From a virus (Duplodnaviria; Caudoviricetes), in IMG/VR virus record IMGVR_UViG_3300029985_000074, positions 1 through 42,886 of that record: a stretch of DNA of 42,886 nucleotides; one strand, written 5' to 3'. The position numbers and the translations under genes are program-made. This document shows, piece by piece, positions 1 through 9,555 of this stretch (the stretch's first letter is position 1; each line of letters opens with the position of its first letter). A model generated the notes under the pieces. That model saw nothing but the letters and a program-made list of their open reading frames with translations, had not been told where the DNA came from and searched no databases.

Positions 1-671
1 AGCAATTCGCCATCGACAAATTTTCTAATTCGGGCAGTCGTATTATCACCATCAACTGATGTAATAATATAATTTAAACGGGTAGTCATTTCCGTCGATT
101 GTTTGCTTATTTTCTTGAGCGACTCTATTTCTTTATCAATATTATAGATATCCTTACGAGTCAAGAATTTGAACGTAATATTTGTCTTTGAATTTGGAAG
201 TTGGAATGAAAAATTATTTTCTCCTTTAGGATATAATGAAAGGTCTAGGTCTTTATTTTTTAAAATAGATAAATCTATCTCCACTTGATTTTCTTTACCA
301 CACCGCCCACAAGTAACTACGGCGTCATATGTGGTGCCGTAAGCTAATTGTCTTAACGCAAAGATTGCTGCATCAAAATCAGTCATCAACAAATCATCAA
401 TTTTAATTGTCTTATCGACAATAACTGATTCTAATAATTTATCAAGTAAAGTGCCATTTTTAATCAACGTCTGATTGGTCAATAAATTTTCTTCACGGGC
501 AGTCAAATTTTTCATCTCAAGTGTTCCGACGGAAAGGGGGTTGGATGTATCGTATAGAAGTCCTTGTGATGGCAGTGATATGGTTTCTGTTGGGTATTTT
601 GGCGTCGAATCGGTCTTGGGTTGCTGTTGCATTCCAGCAGATGGGCGAGTGATTGGTATAATATCAGACAT
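1..671 (-). CDS. T4 gp26-like baseplate hub assembly protein (runs off window start)
   Basis: Not in the ORF track; translated by hand from ATG at 671: MSDIIPITRP...YPTETISLPSQGLLY...LEMKNLTAREENLLTNQ...DDLLMTDFDAAIFALRQLAYG..YDAVVTCGRCG. The LPS / T.REE / R..aYG / CxxC pattern is typical of this family. Confidence 0.75.
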   Translation of the reverse strand, partial: MSDIIPITRPSAGMQQQPKTDSTPKYPTETISLPSQGLLYDTSNPLSVGTLEMKNLTAREENLLTNQTLIKNGTLLDKLLESVIVDKTIKIDDLLMTDFDAAIFALRQLAYGTTYDAVVTCGRCGKENQVEIDLSILKNKDLDLSLYPKGENNFSFQLPNSKTNITFKFLTRKDIYNIDKEIESLKKISKQSTEMTTRLNYIITSVDGDNTTARIRKFVDGEL

Positions 672-803
672 AATTTATTGTAATCTTGTTAATGTTTCTG
701 AATATACATATACTGAAATTTAAAAATTTATTAATTATATTTGATGTTTAGAGTTTTTTGCTAATAGTTATATAATGAAAGGTTACAGGTAAAATACATT
801 ATT

Positions 804-947
804 ATGGGAAGAGATAAGAAATATTTAACAAAAGAAGATAAATATCAGGCGGAATTAAAGTGGAAACGAGAATGGTATGCTCGAAACAAATCGATATTAA
901 AAGAAAAACGAATGAAGAAATATTATGGCAATAAAATTAACAGTTGA
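804..947 (+). CDS. 47-aa basic leader ORF overlapping the endonuclease start
   Basis: MGRDKKYLTKEDKYQAELKWKREWYARNKSILKEKRMKKYYGNKINS; clear paralog at 2349-2498. Confidence 0.65.
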   Translation: MGRDKKYLTKEDKYQAELKWKREWYARNKSILKEKRMKKYYGNKINS

Positions 948-1867
948 CGAATTTATTATTAAATCAAAAATCATTCATAGCGAAAGATTTGATTATTCCG
1001 AATTAAAATTCAAAAACAAAAATCAAACTAAGATGTAATATCTGCGGAAATATATTTTATCAAAATCCATCAAATCATCTAAGGGGAAGTGGATGTAAAA
1101 CATGTGCGAATATAAAACTAAGAGCTGACCGAATTAAACCAGTCGAAACATTTATATCTGAAATAAGTTCTATTTATGGTGATTTATACGAATATAAAAA
1201 ATTAAAATATATTGATACAAATACTCCAGTCACAATAACATGTAAATTACATGGAGATTTCTCAACTATTCCAGATAATTTATTACATTCCCACGGATGT
1301 CCGGTGTGTGGTAGATTAAAATCAGATATAAATAGACGATTAACGGTTGACAAATTTTTGTTGAGGGCTAATAATATGCATGGGAATAACTATGATTATT
1401 CATATATGAAATACGAGACAACCGAAATTAAAATTAAAATTAAATGTAACACATGTAATAGAATTTTCAACCAAAGACCAATAAACCATATGCGTGGAGA
1501 TGGGTGTCCATATTGCTCCTATAACATATCAATCCCCGAAATAGAATTTTTAAATTATTGTAATATACCAAATAATAAGGAGCATCGACAAAAGTATATT
1601 AAACCATATAAACCAGATGGTTATGACTCATCTACAAACACTATTTGCGAATTTCTTGGTGATTATTGGCATGGAAATCCGGATAAATTTAAATCAACGT
1701 ATTTCAACCAACGATGTAAGAAAACTGCGGGAGAATTATATATCGAAACTATAAATAAATTCGATGCCTTAAAATCCCTTGGTTACAATATAAAATATAT
1801 ATGGGAAAGCGACTGGAAAAAATTCAAATGTGGAAATGATAAGTTTCCAAATATTATATTATATTAA
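925..1867 (+). pseudogene. Frameshifted homing-endonuclease-like gene (CxxC repeats + Vsr/PD-(D/E)xK-like domain)
   Basis: ATG 925 reads MAIKLTVDEFIIKSKIIHSERFDYSEL, and the repeat continues in the +1 frame from ~1007 (NSKTKIKLRCNICG...NHLRGSGCKTC) into the listed 1304-1867 ORF with PDGYD...EFLGDYWHGNP...YIWE. Confidence 0.75.
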
Positions 1868-2226
1868 TGCATTTTCAATTGCTGGACTGTTTTTTGCAAT
1901 TGAGGTATTTGAGAAGTTTGCATCTGCCGTTCATCTTTTTTAGTAAAATCCAATTTCTTTTTAGCAGTATCCAATTCCATCTGTTTTTGTTTAAGCTGGT
2001 CTTGTTTTTGTTTTTTTTGAATTCTATCAAGTTTCATTTTATCGGCAGTAGACATTGCCCCGACTAGTTGGTTGTTGGGGTCTGTTATTTGAGCATTGTC
2101 GGCTTGGCCACCATTTAATGAAGATGGAGGATTATCTAACACACTAAATTCTTTAATTGATAATGCCTCGTTTACCATCTCTCGAACAATGTGCTTAACC
2201 AAAATTCTTAATTGTGTCTCATTCAT
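1864..2226 (-). CDS. Hypothetical coiled-coil protein, probable head/internal protein
   Basis: Likely start MNETQLRILVKHIVREMVNE at 2226, 4 nt after a TATTTATA motif; K/Q-rich helical C-terminus. Confidence 0.6.
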   Translation of the reverse strand: MNETQLRILVKHIVREMVNEALSIKEFSVLDNPPSSLNGGQADNAQITDPNNQLVGAMSTADKMKLDRIQKKQKQDQLKQKQMELDTAKKKLDFTKKDERQMQTSQIPQLQKTVQQLKMH

Positions 2227-2230
2227 ATCA

Positions 2231-2238
2231 TATAAATA
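2231..2238 (-). promoter_or_regulatory. TATTTATA putative phage promoter motif
   Basis: Recurrent motif, 4 nt upstream of the ATG at 2226. Confidence 0.55.
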
Positions 2239-2348
2239 TAATATTAATGATGTATTATGCATTTTATAAAAATAAATCGAAATAGTTAGAGTATTTTGGC
2301 TAGAGTCATATATTTATATAGTGAAAGGTTACAATAAAATAAAGTATT

Positions 2349-2498
2349 ATGGGAAGAAAAAAAGCATATAAAACCGAAGAAGAACGAAGAAATGCCGAAC
2401 TAAAATGGAAGCGAGAATGGTATCATAGAAATGCCGAAAAAACAAATAAATTAAAGATGGAAAAGTATTATGCCAAGAAAAACTCCAGAAGAACTTAA
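2349..2498 (+). CDS. 49-aa basic leader ORF overlapping the endonuclease start
   Basis: MGRKKAYKTEEERRNAELKWKREWYHRNAEKTNKLKMEKYYAKKNSRRT; shares AELKWKREWYxRN with 804-947. Confidence 0.65.
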   Translation: MGRKKAYKTEEERRNAELKWKREWYHRNAEKTNKLKMEKYYAKKNSRRT

Positions 2499-3603
2499 AT
2501 TTGATTTTATTAAAAAAGCTGGAAATATACATAGAGATAAATATGGATATTCTAATATTATATATTCAAATAACAAAACGAAAGTAGAGATATATTGTAA
2601 TATCTGTAAAAAATCGTTCTGGCAAACTCCAAACGACCATATTTCGGGATGTGGCTGTAAAGTATGCGGATATGTAACAGCCAAACGAAAAATATCATCT
2701 AATAATTCAAAATTTATATCTAAAGCCGAAAAAATCCATGGCGATAGATATGGATATGGACTGGTAGAATATACCCAGAATGATGTCAAAGTAAAAATTA
2801 TATGTAATAGTTGTGGAAAAGTATTCGAACAGACTCCACATTCACATCTCCGTGGTTGTGGATGTCTTGATTGCTCCGGTATTAAAAAGTCGTCCACCGA
2901 GGCATTCTGCATTAAGGCAAATATAGTTCATAACAATATGTTTAAATATGATTTAGTCGACTATGTTAATTGCGATGTAAAGGTAAAAATCATATGTGAT
3001 AAAAAGCATATATTTTTACAATCCCCATACAATCATTTACTGGGTCAGGCGTGTCCATACTGTGACGGAAAATACAAAACTACCGAGCAATATATAGAAG
3101 AAGTTAATAAAATACATGATAATATATATGATTATTCTCTGTTGATATATTCTGGTTCATCTGAAAAAATTACAGTGAAATGCAAAAAATGTAATAATTT
3201 ATTTTTTCCATCTGCTGGAAATCATCGGCGAGGAACTGGATGTCCTAAATGTTTTGATATTATATCAAAAGATGAACTCGAATTCTTGCGGCATTTTAAT
3301 ATTCCAGATACGAGGAATAATAGACAAAAATACATTAAACCATTTAAAGTGGATGGTTACGACGATAAAACCAACACAATATATGAGTTTCTTGGAGATT
3401 ATTGGCACGGCAACCCTTCTAAATATAATTCAAAATATATCAACCAAAGATGTAAGAAAACTGCGAATGAGTTATACAATTCTACGTTTGTGCGGCTAAA
3501 TAAACTAAAGGGTATGGGATATAATCTAAAATATATATGGGAACATGACTGGAAAAATTTCCAATTGGGGGTTGATAAAGAGCCTAGAATTATTACTATT
3601 TAA
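2470..3603 (+). CDS. Putative homing endonuclease (four H-YDYS-C-H-GCxxC repeats + Vsr/PD-(D/E)xK-like domain)
   Basis: Tandem repeats such as IHGDRYGYGLVEY...CNSCG..F.Q.P..HL.G.GC..C; C-terminal VDGYD...YEFLGDYWHGNP...YIWE. Confidence 0.8.
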   Translation: MPRKTPEELKFDFIKKAGNIHRDKYGYSNIIYSNNKTKVEIYCNICKKSFWQTPNDHISGCGCKVCGYVTAKRKISSNNSKFISKAEKIHGDRYGYGLVEYTQNDVKVKIICNSCGKVFEQTPHSHLRGCGCLDCSGIKKSSTEAFCIKANIVHNNMFKYDLVDYVNCDVKVKIICDKKHIFLQSPYNHLLGQACPYCDGKYKTTEQYIEEVNKIHDNIYDYSLLIYSGSSEKITVKCKKCNNLFFPSAGNHRRGTGCPKCFDIISKDELEFLRHFNIPDTRNNRQKYIKPFKVDGYDDKTNTIYEFLGDYWHGNPSKYNSKYINQRCKKTANELYNSTFVRLNKLKGMGYNLKYIWEHDWKNFQLGVDKEPRIITI

Positions 3604-5081
3604 TCCTGACCAGACGATGAATCGTCGTCGATATCATTATGTGGTTTATCAGCACCAGATAAGTGCTTTCCCCACTGTTCATCGTCAGCAGCGTGAGTTA
3701 TAAATTGATTATCGGTATTAATATCAGATACCTCTTCTCCTTTGATTTTTTCAATGGGTGCCATCTCTTCTTTTGCGGCGTTTAAATTAGTATTAGCAAA
3801 TACGAACAATTCATCCGCCTCTTCTGATAGAGTTCCAAGAAAGCAAAATATAGGCTTGCCAGATTTTAAATTTGTTTTTATAGTTCTCAATGCTGAAATT
3901 GAAACTTTAACTTTATTACCCGCTAAATTTGCACCAATGCGATGTAGCACCCGTTCTATATCTCCCTCCGAAGGGAACATTTTAATGGGAATTGACCGAG
4001 TCTGTCCATCAGGAGTTAATAATACGATACCTTGTAATTTTTCTTTTTTCTTAGGAGTTTCTGGTTCGGACGGTTCATCTTCAATTTCGGGAGGAGTGGT
4101 TTCAATATCAACAGACTCTCCACTACCAGTTTGAGGTGCTCCAATAGTATTACTATCTTCCTCGTCTATTTCATTCTTGTGTAATTTAGACTCTTCTCTC
4201 TCAGAATCCCAATCATAATCGGGGTCATTTCGTTTACTTAATTTCCCTCTGCGGGTGCTACCAGAACCTTTACAACTAGAACATTTTAATCCATCAGCCA
4301 TTCCTTCTCCACTACCATTACAAGTCGGGCAAATATCATTTCCACCCTCGTCTTCGGTTGTTTCTTCTTCAACATTGTCGGCATGGATATCGCCAGATTT
4401 AAATCTCTTTGCTAGAGCTTTCTTCTTAGGTGTGCAAGTTGACTTTGACATTGGGGTGCAATCTCCTTTATGTGCCGGATTAACTGCTTTCTGTATCCAT
4501 TTATCTTTTCCTTCACTAGTTAGTCCTGCTTCCTCTAAACATTTTTTACATTGGTTAGCACCAAGAATTAACTCGGTTCCACATTTGCATTTTTTTGCCT
4601 TTTTGCCTTCGGTTAATTGTGACAATACTTCTTTGGCACACACACGGATAAGGGACTCTAAAAGTTGTTGTTTTATTTTCATAGGTTTTGTATTTAAATT
4701 TTCAAACTGTGGTTCTACTGGGTCTGCCCCATTAACTTCGTAACTTCCAATCGCTTGGTCGTCTTCGTATGGGTCACGGAATTTCTTATATCCTTCAATT
4801 GGTTGAACAATATAAAAATGATATCCCCCATGTGCAATATCTTCGGCTAATCTATCAATATCAGTCTCATCTTCTAATTCCTTCACGTCAGTTCCTGTGC
4901 CATTCACATAATATGTTATTTCTGCGCCGGAATGCTGGCATTCAACTGCTATCCAATCGAAACTATGTCCGGTATTATTATCAAATGAGAAGAATATACT
5001 CGTTCCTTCTTTCAATGTATGAATTAGCCTTGCTATAGAATTAGCATCTTGAGACAAAGGAATAAATGTAGAGTCACTCAT
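3600..5081 (-). CDS. Multi-module acidic protein with DnaJ-like CxxCxGxG finger; probable processed head protein
   Basis: CPTCNGSG...CSSCKGSG; KWIQKAV...CTPMSKSTCTPKKKALAKRFK motif; LTE/LEE/IDE sites between modules. Confidence 0.55.
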   Translation of the reverse strand: MSDSTFIPLSQDANSIARLIHTLKEGTSIFFSFDNNTGHSFDWIAVECQHSGAEITYYVNGTGTDVKELEDETDIDRLAEDIAHGGYHFYIVQPIEGYKKFRDPYEDDQAIGSYEVNGADPVEPQFENLNTKPMKIKQQLLESLIRVCAKEVLSQLTEGKKAKKCKCGTELILGANQCKKCLEEAGLTSEGKDKWIQKAVNPAHKGDCTPMSKSTCTPKKKALAKRFKSGDIHADNVEEETTEDEGGNDICPTCNGSGEGMADGLKCSSCKGSGSTRRGKLSKRNDPDYDWDSEREESKLHKNEIDEEDSNTIGAPQTGSGESVDIETTPPEIEDEPSEPETPKKKEKLQGIVLLTPDGQTRSIPIKMFPSEGDIERVLHRIGANLAGNKVKVSISALRTIKTNLKSGKPIFCFLGTLSEEADELFVFANTNLNAAKEEMAPIEKIKGEEVSDINTDNQFITHAADDEQWGKHLSGADKPHNDIDDDSSSGQD

Positions 5082-5092
5082 AAATCGTTAAA

Positions 5093-5100
5093 TATAAATA
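5093..5100 (-). promoter_or_regulatory. TATTTATA putative phage promoter motif
   Basis: 11 nt upstream of the ATG at 5081. Confidence 0.5.
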
Positions 5101-5125
5101 TAAACGACATATGATAAACACAAAT

Positions 5126-5152
5126 AAAAAAGCACCAAATTAATGGTGCTTT
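5126..5152 (-). terminator. Intrinsic terminator downstream of hsp20
   Basis: AAAGCACCA-aattaa-TGGTGCTTT hairpin with a T-run on the minus strand. Confidence 0.75.
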
Positions 5153-5170
5153 ATATGTTATCATATTTTA

Positions 5171-5668
5171 TTATTTAATGGGAATTTTTTTAATTTCTTC
5201 CTTTTTTGGAGTCGGAATTATTTTTGTCAATGTAACTTCAAGAATTCCGTTGTTAAATTTGGCATCAATAGTGTCTTTATTATAGTTTTCTCCGATTGAA
5301 AAACTTCGGCTAAAAGAAGATTTTTTTAATTCTTTGTGAATATACCGAGAACCAGTGGAATTATCCGTTTTTTCTTGTTTTTCTCCCCGAATACTCAAAA
5401 CACCATCTTTAATCTCGACGGAAACTTGATCCTTATTTAAACCCGGAATTTCCGCCTCAATCACAGTTGTAGTTTCAGTGTCTTTAATATCAACTTTGGG
5501 ATAGGTATTTTTTCCATAAAAATCAATGCCAAAATCATTAAACAAATCCGGAAATCCAGAATTGAAAAGTTCATCAAACATATGACTGAATGGAGTTAGA
5601 AATTCATCACGATTGGAAAAAAGTGATGGATTGTTGTTGTAACGTGTTAATTTATTTGCAGTATTCAT
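5171..5668 (-). CDS. hsp20: Small heat-shock protein (Hsp20/alpha-crystallin)
   Basis: YPKVDIKD...EAEIPGL.K..V.VEI.DGVLSIRGEK...SFSRSF...IDAKFNNGILEVTL. Confidence 0.93.
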   Translation of the reverse strand: MNTANKLTRYNNNPSLFSNRDEFLTPFSHMFDELFNSGFPDLFNDFGIDFYGKNTYPKVDIKDTETTTVIEAEIPGLNKDQVSVEIKDGVLSIRGEKQEKTDNSTGSRYIHKELKKSSFSRSFSIGENYNKDTIDAKFNNGILEVTLTKIIPTPKKEEIKKIPIK

Positions 5669-5783
5669 AATAATATTTTTTATCTATTAGTTTATTTTGT
5701 TTATGCCATCCTACACAAGTAGCAATGACAATAATACATATATCACAAACTGAAAATATAGTCAAGAAAAATTATTAAATTTT

Positions 5784-7739
5784 TTAACTTTTATTCCATT
5801 CAAATTTCATATTTCCACAATCCCAAATCCTATCATACCCGTTTAATTGCATATTTTCCCATTCAGTTAATGAGGGGTCAAATATAGGAAGTTTTTTGGG
5901 TAATTGGTCTTTTCTGAAATTAAATCGATGCCAGCGTCTATCCTCACCAACTTTAAAATACCAATAGTTTGGGACGGAATTATGGATAAATGTAAATCCT
6001 ATTTTCTCATATAAGTTACCAATACTCCAACGTCTGTCGGCATATGTGATGATTTTTGTTGGGTTATAATTAGTTATAAAATATGATAATAATTTTCCAG
6101 ATATTCCGACCACTCTTTTAGATGTTGAAAATCTTAATAATTCATATTCTCCAACCCCACTTGTTTTTTTACCCATTGCCACTCGTCTATTTCCAAACGT
6201 CATTGCGGCAACTAGTTCATTATTATAAAATGCTCCAATCTTAATAGAAGAAGGACTATTTCCCTGTATATGAGTAGTGTCTAATAATTCTTTACAATCA
6301 TCTATAACTTTAATTTCACATTTTCGAGCATATATACTTTTCTCACTGGTATTTTCTGATAAAATATGTTTCAACTTATTCTTAACTATTTCTTTCTTAT
6401 ATCTCCACTCATCTTCAAATATATGAATAAGACGTATCCCTTTCTGGGTGCATAATTCTAATTTATTTAAATGATATTTTCGGTCTTTCCCACCCTTATG
6501 TTCACTGTGCCAAAATAAACCATTATATTCAATAGCAATATTTTTTGATGGAATATAAATATCAAGTTCAAGTCCTCCAATTATACTCCGACTATTCTCT
6601 ATAACTTTATCGTCTCCTACTAGTGATTTAACATAGTCACTAATATCTCGTTCATCCAAACTAAATCCGGCAATAAAAGGATTACAAATTAAACATCTCG
6701 GAAAATGACCACCATCAATATGGTCTAGAAATTCTATATTACATTTTTTACATTTAAATTTGTATTTATTATCTCGGTATGTATTAATATATTCATCTAA
6801 AGTAAATAACGGCGTTATATCATTTCCACATTTTTCATTTAATCTGTTTATAATGGATGAATAAATAGTTTTCCTAAATGTCTTTAGCATTTTAGCCTTC
6901 AATTCTACTCCATTAACCGGTATTTTAGCTCCATATTTTATCATATTTCTTTCATATATTTTATCCATAGTTTCTTTATGCTGGAAGACATTATCAACCC
7001 CATAATGTTTATTAAAAGTAGATTTTATTAGTTCTCGTATCTCGGATGATTGTGAAGGATTCTCTGCGCCATATCGTTCCAAATTGGTTAATTTAATTTT
7101 TTCCTTGATAATGGGAGATTGGAAAGTCCATTCAACTCCATAAGTTTTTAAATTCATACTTTTTATTCTGTTTTTTATAATTTCTGATTTTGATGGATTG
7201 TCGACTCCATATCTTTCCAAGCACGTTACTCGTGCTTTGTCCGGATTAACATAAGTTGCCGCTCCATATCTCTCCAATTTTGTTGCTTTAATCTTTTCAA
7301 TCCTATTTGGTATTTTAGAAACATATATACCCGAACATTTTCCTGAACAACATTTTTGTTCTCTATATTTTAATGCCTCAAACTCTTTTCCACAGACAAC
7401 ACAATCAATTTTCTCGTAATAATCATAATGCTTTCTGGCATTTGTCTCTCTGAGAGTTACACTTCTAATACTAGCACTTGATTGATTGGCACATTTAGCC
7501 GAACAATATTCTCTATATCCATTGTCAATATCCATGAATTTAGTAATCGAACTACATTCTTTACACCTACCTACTATTCTATCGGAATTTAGCCATCGAT
7601 ATACCTTTTCTGAGAAACGACCATCCTCATAAAATTTATTAATCACATCATATGTTTCTTTATGACGTGCTCTTAATATTTGAGGATAAGAACTTTTTGA
7701 GTTCTTTATGATTTCGATTACTTGTTCTTTATTTAACAT
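5784..7739 (-). CDS. Hef-like putative homing endonuclease (YGV repeats, PD-(D/E)xK domain, C-terminal GNAT-like domain)
   Basis: Likely start MLNKEQV (7739); ERYGVDNPS repeats; ELDIYIP...AIEYNGLFWH; IYARKC...YELLRF...YADRRWS.GNLY...GF...WDCG. Confidence 0.75.
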   Translation of the reverse strand: MLNKEQVIEIIKNSKSSYPQILRARHKETYDVINKFYEDGRFSEKVYRWLNSDRIVGRCKECSSITKFMDIDNGYREYCSAKCANQSSASIRSVTLRETNARKHYDYYEKIDCVVCGKEFEALKYREQKCCSGKCSGIYVSKIPNRIEKIKATKLERYGAATYVNPDKARVTCLERYGVDNPSKSEIIKNRIKSMNLKTYGVEWTFQSPIIKEKIKLTNLERYGAENPSQSSEIRELIKSTFNKHYGVDNVFQHKETMDKIYERNMIKYGAKIPVNGVELKAKMLKTFRKTIYSSIINRLNEKCGNDITPLFTLDEYINTYRDNKYKFKCKKCNIEFLDHIDGGHFPRCLICNPFIAGFSLDERDISDYVKSLVGDDKVIENSRSIIGGLELDIYIPSKNIAIEYNGLFWHSEHKGGKDRKYHLNKLELCTQKGIRLIHIFEDEWRYKKEIVKNKLKHILSENTSEKSIYARKCEIKVIDDCKELLDTTHIQGNSPSSIKIGAFYNNELVAAMTFGNRRVAMGKKTSGVGEYELLRFSTSKRVVGISGKLLSYFITNYNPTKIITYADRRWSIGNLYEKIGFTFIHNSVPNYWYFKVGEDRRWHRFNFRKDQLPKKLPIFDPSLTEWENMQLNGYDRIWDCGNMKFEWNKS

Positions 7740-8899
7740 AATTTCAGTTTTAAATTTAAAGTCCCACAATCCCATACATTCGTAGGTAATAATTTTGGCA
7801 TATCTTCCGATATAAGTTCATAATTGGGAGGGATATAACATTTATTATATATTCGTCTATTTAATATTAAAGTATTATTTAATGATACATAATACTCATT
7901 ATAATTAATTGGAAGTTTACCACGTAACCACTCAGATGTCAATAATTTAAATTCTGGACTATTCCACTCATCTTCAAATATATGAATAAGTTTAATTCCT
8001 CGCTTTTCACACGCCTTTGTTTTATTTAGATGATATGTCTTGCTCTTTCTTTTATTTGAATGCCAATATAACCCATTACATTCAATCGCAATATTTAAGG
8101 CGTGAATATAGATGTCGAGTTCTTTATACGGTATGATATTTATTATATTTCGTTTTATTTGGCTACTATCTAATTTGAGAGTTGACATTACAAATTCATA
8201 GACAGATTGCTCAAATTTTGAAGTTGGATTACAAATCCTACATGTAGGAATAGTTCCCCACTGTAAATGATGGGTGAATTGAGAATTGCATTTATTACAT
8301 CTAAATTTTAGAGTTTCATCTTTAATATTAGTAAATGAATCAACATTAAACATCGGAGTTAATTTTCCATCGAACCGGTCTCCGGACATACAATCGTCGA
8401 TAAATGCCTTTCGTTTTCCTATATTTAAATTTTTTAATATAACATCTTTATCAGAATTAAAATATTCCTTCCATTTCCGGCAGCGATTTCCAATTGCTGC
8501 GGGAGTTAGCACTCCAGACGGAACACCGAAATTTTTCAAGGTGGTATTCTTCTTTTTATCTTTTATAATTTCTAATTGACTTATATTGTCAACTCCATAT
8601 TTTTCTCTATACGTTTTAATTATTCTATCCCTAATAAGATTGCTTTTATTTAAGCAATTTAACGAACAAAATTCACGATATCCCATGTTAATGTCAACGA
8701 AATTAGTTGGTTTATGACATTCTAAACAACTTCCGGATTTATTATATAAATATTTATATAGTTTTTCTGAAAATTTATTACCGCTCAATTTTAAGACTTC
8801 ATTATAAATTTCGAGGTGGTTGTATTTTAAAATCTTCCAATAATTGCTTTTATTGTTTTTTATAATTTCTAATATTTGTTCTGTATTTTTAACATTCAC
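7733..8899 (-). CDS. Hef-like putative homing endonuclease with shortened C-terminal domain
   Basis: GTG start; KYGVDNISQ repeat; ELDIYI...AIECNGLYWH...IHIFEDEW; only NRR..WDCG remnants of the C-terminal domain. Confidence 0.7.
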   Translation of the reverse strand: MNVKNTEQILEIIKNNKSNYWKILKYNHLEIYNEVLKLSGNKFSEKLYKYLYNKSGSCLECHKPTNFVDINMGYREFCSLNCLNKSNLIRDRIIKTYREKYGVDNISQLEIIKDKKKNTTLKNFGVPSGVLTPAAIGNRCRKWKEYFNSDKDVILKNLNIGKRKAFIDDCMSGDRFDGKLTPMFNVDSFTNIKDETLKFRCNKCNSQFTHHLQWGTIPTCRICNPTSKFEQSVYEFVMSTLKLDSSQIKRNIINIIPYKELDIYIHALNIAIECNGLYWHSNKRKSKTYHLNKTKACEKRGIKLIHIFEDEWNSPEFKLLTSEWLRGKLPINYNEYYVSLNNTLILNRRIYNKCYIPPNYELISEDMPKLLPTNVWDCGTLNLKLKLC

Positions 8900-8906
8900 A
8901 TATATA

Positions 8907-8934
8907 AGTATATATCAACGGAGTAAAATGTCAA
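8907..8934 (-). promoter_or_regulatory. Sigma70-like promoter for the endonuclease pair
   Basis: Minus strand TTGACA-16 nt-TATACT, overlapping a TACTTATA variant motif at 8903-8910. Confidence 0.5.
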
Positions 8935-8944
8935 TTAATTATAT

Positions 8945-8971
8945 AAAAAATCCCACAATTAAGTGGGATTT
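8945..8971 (-). terminator. Intrinsic terminator downstream of the tail tube gene
   Basis: AAATCCCAC-aattaa-GTGGGATTT hairpin with a T-run on the minus strand. Confidence 0.75.
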
Positions 8972-9002
8972 AATAAGTGAGTGGTTTATACTGACGTATG
9001 AA

Positions 9003-9494
9003 TTAATACTGTAAAATTGCATAATCATACGACAAATTTAAATTAATAGTAAGAGGTTCGCCGCTGTCAGTCCATTCAAGCGTTCCGCCATCAAATGAAG
9101 TTGGGAAAGCACCTTTAAGTGTCCATTCTTCTACCTTGTCTCCAACAGGGCCTAATACGTTAATAGTAATATCTTTTTTGTAGAAATCTGCATATCCATC
9201 TCTTCCAGTGACCGATTCGTGAGCCAACCTGAACCATTCAAATGCAGCTTGTGCAGCAGAAGGAACAATTGGGTCATAAAGTTCAATGGAAATTTCTTCC
9301 CATGTGGTTTTGCCCTTATAGAACCATTGGAGATTGATATAATCAATCGTCTTACGGTCTTGTTTCCATTTCGGTCTATCACATTTCTTAATCACATATG
9401 ATGGTATTCCATCAATATACATGATAAAACGATTTTTTGTTTTTGTTTCGAATTGGCTACTGAATATTTCCTGGTTAGTTAATAAATCTGGCAT
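9003..9494 (-). CDS. Tail tube protein (T4 gp19-like)
   Basis: NRFIMYIDGIP...RP...YIN...YKGK..W..I...LYDPI.PS.AQ...EW...YKKDI.I..LGPVGD.VEEWTLKGAFP...L.YDYA. Confidence 0.88.
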   Translation of the reverse strand: MPDLLTNQEIFSSQFETKTKNRFIMYIDGIPSYVIKKCDRPKWKQDRKTIDYINLQWFYKGKTTWEEISIELYDPIVPSAAQAAFEWFRLAHESVTGRDGYADFYKKDITINVLGPVGDKVEEWTLKGAFPTSFDGGTLEWTDSGEPLTINLNLSYDYAILQY

Positions 9495-9524
9495 AATTTT
9501 ATATATTGATTGTTCGGTCTTATA

Positions 9525-9532
9525 TATAAATA
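9525..9532 (-). promoter_or_regulatory. TATTTATA putative phage promoter motif
   Basis: 30 nt upstream of the tail tube ATG. Confidence 0.5.
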
Positions 9533-9555
9533 TATTGATAAATAGAATTTGTATA

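Noticed and set aside
475-723. Listed plus-strand 82-aa ORF
   Set aside because: Antisense shadow of the gp26-like gene on the minus strand.
3742-5038. Plus-strand ORFs (130, 162, 89 aa) and similar antisense ORFs elsewhere (e.g. 18069, 26589, 28696, 30843)
   Set aside because: They lie opposite well-supported genes, show antisense-type composition (S/F/L-rich) and have no motifs.
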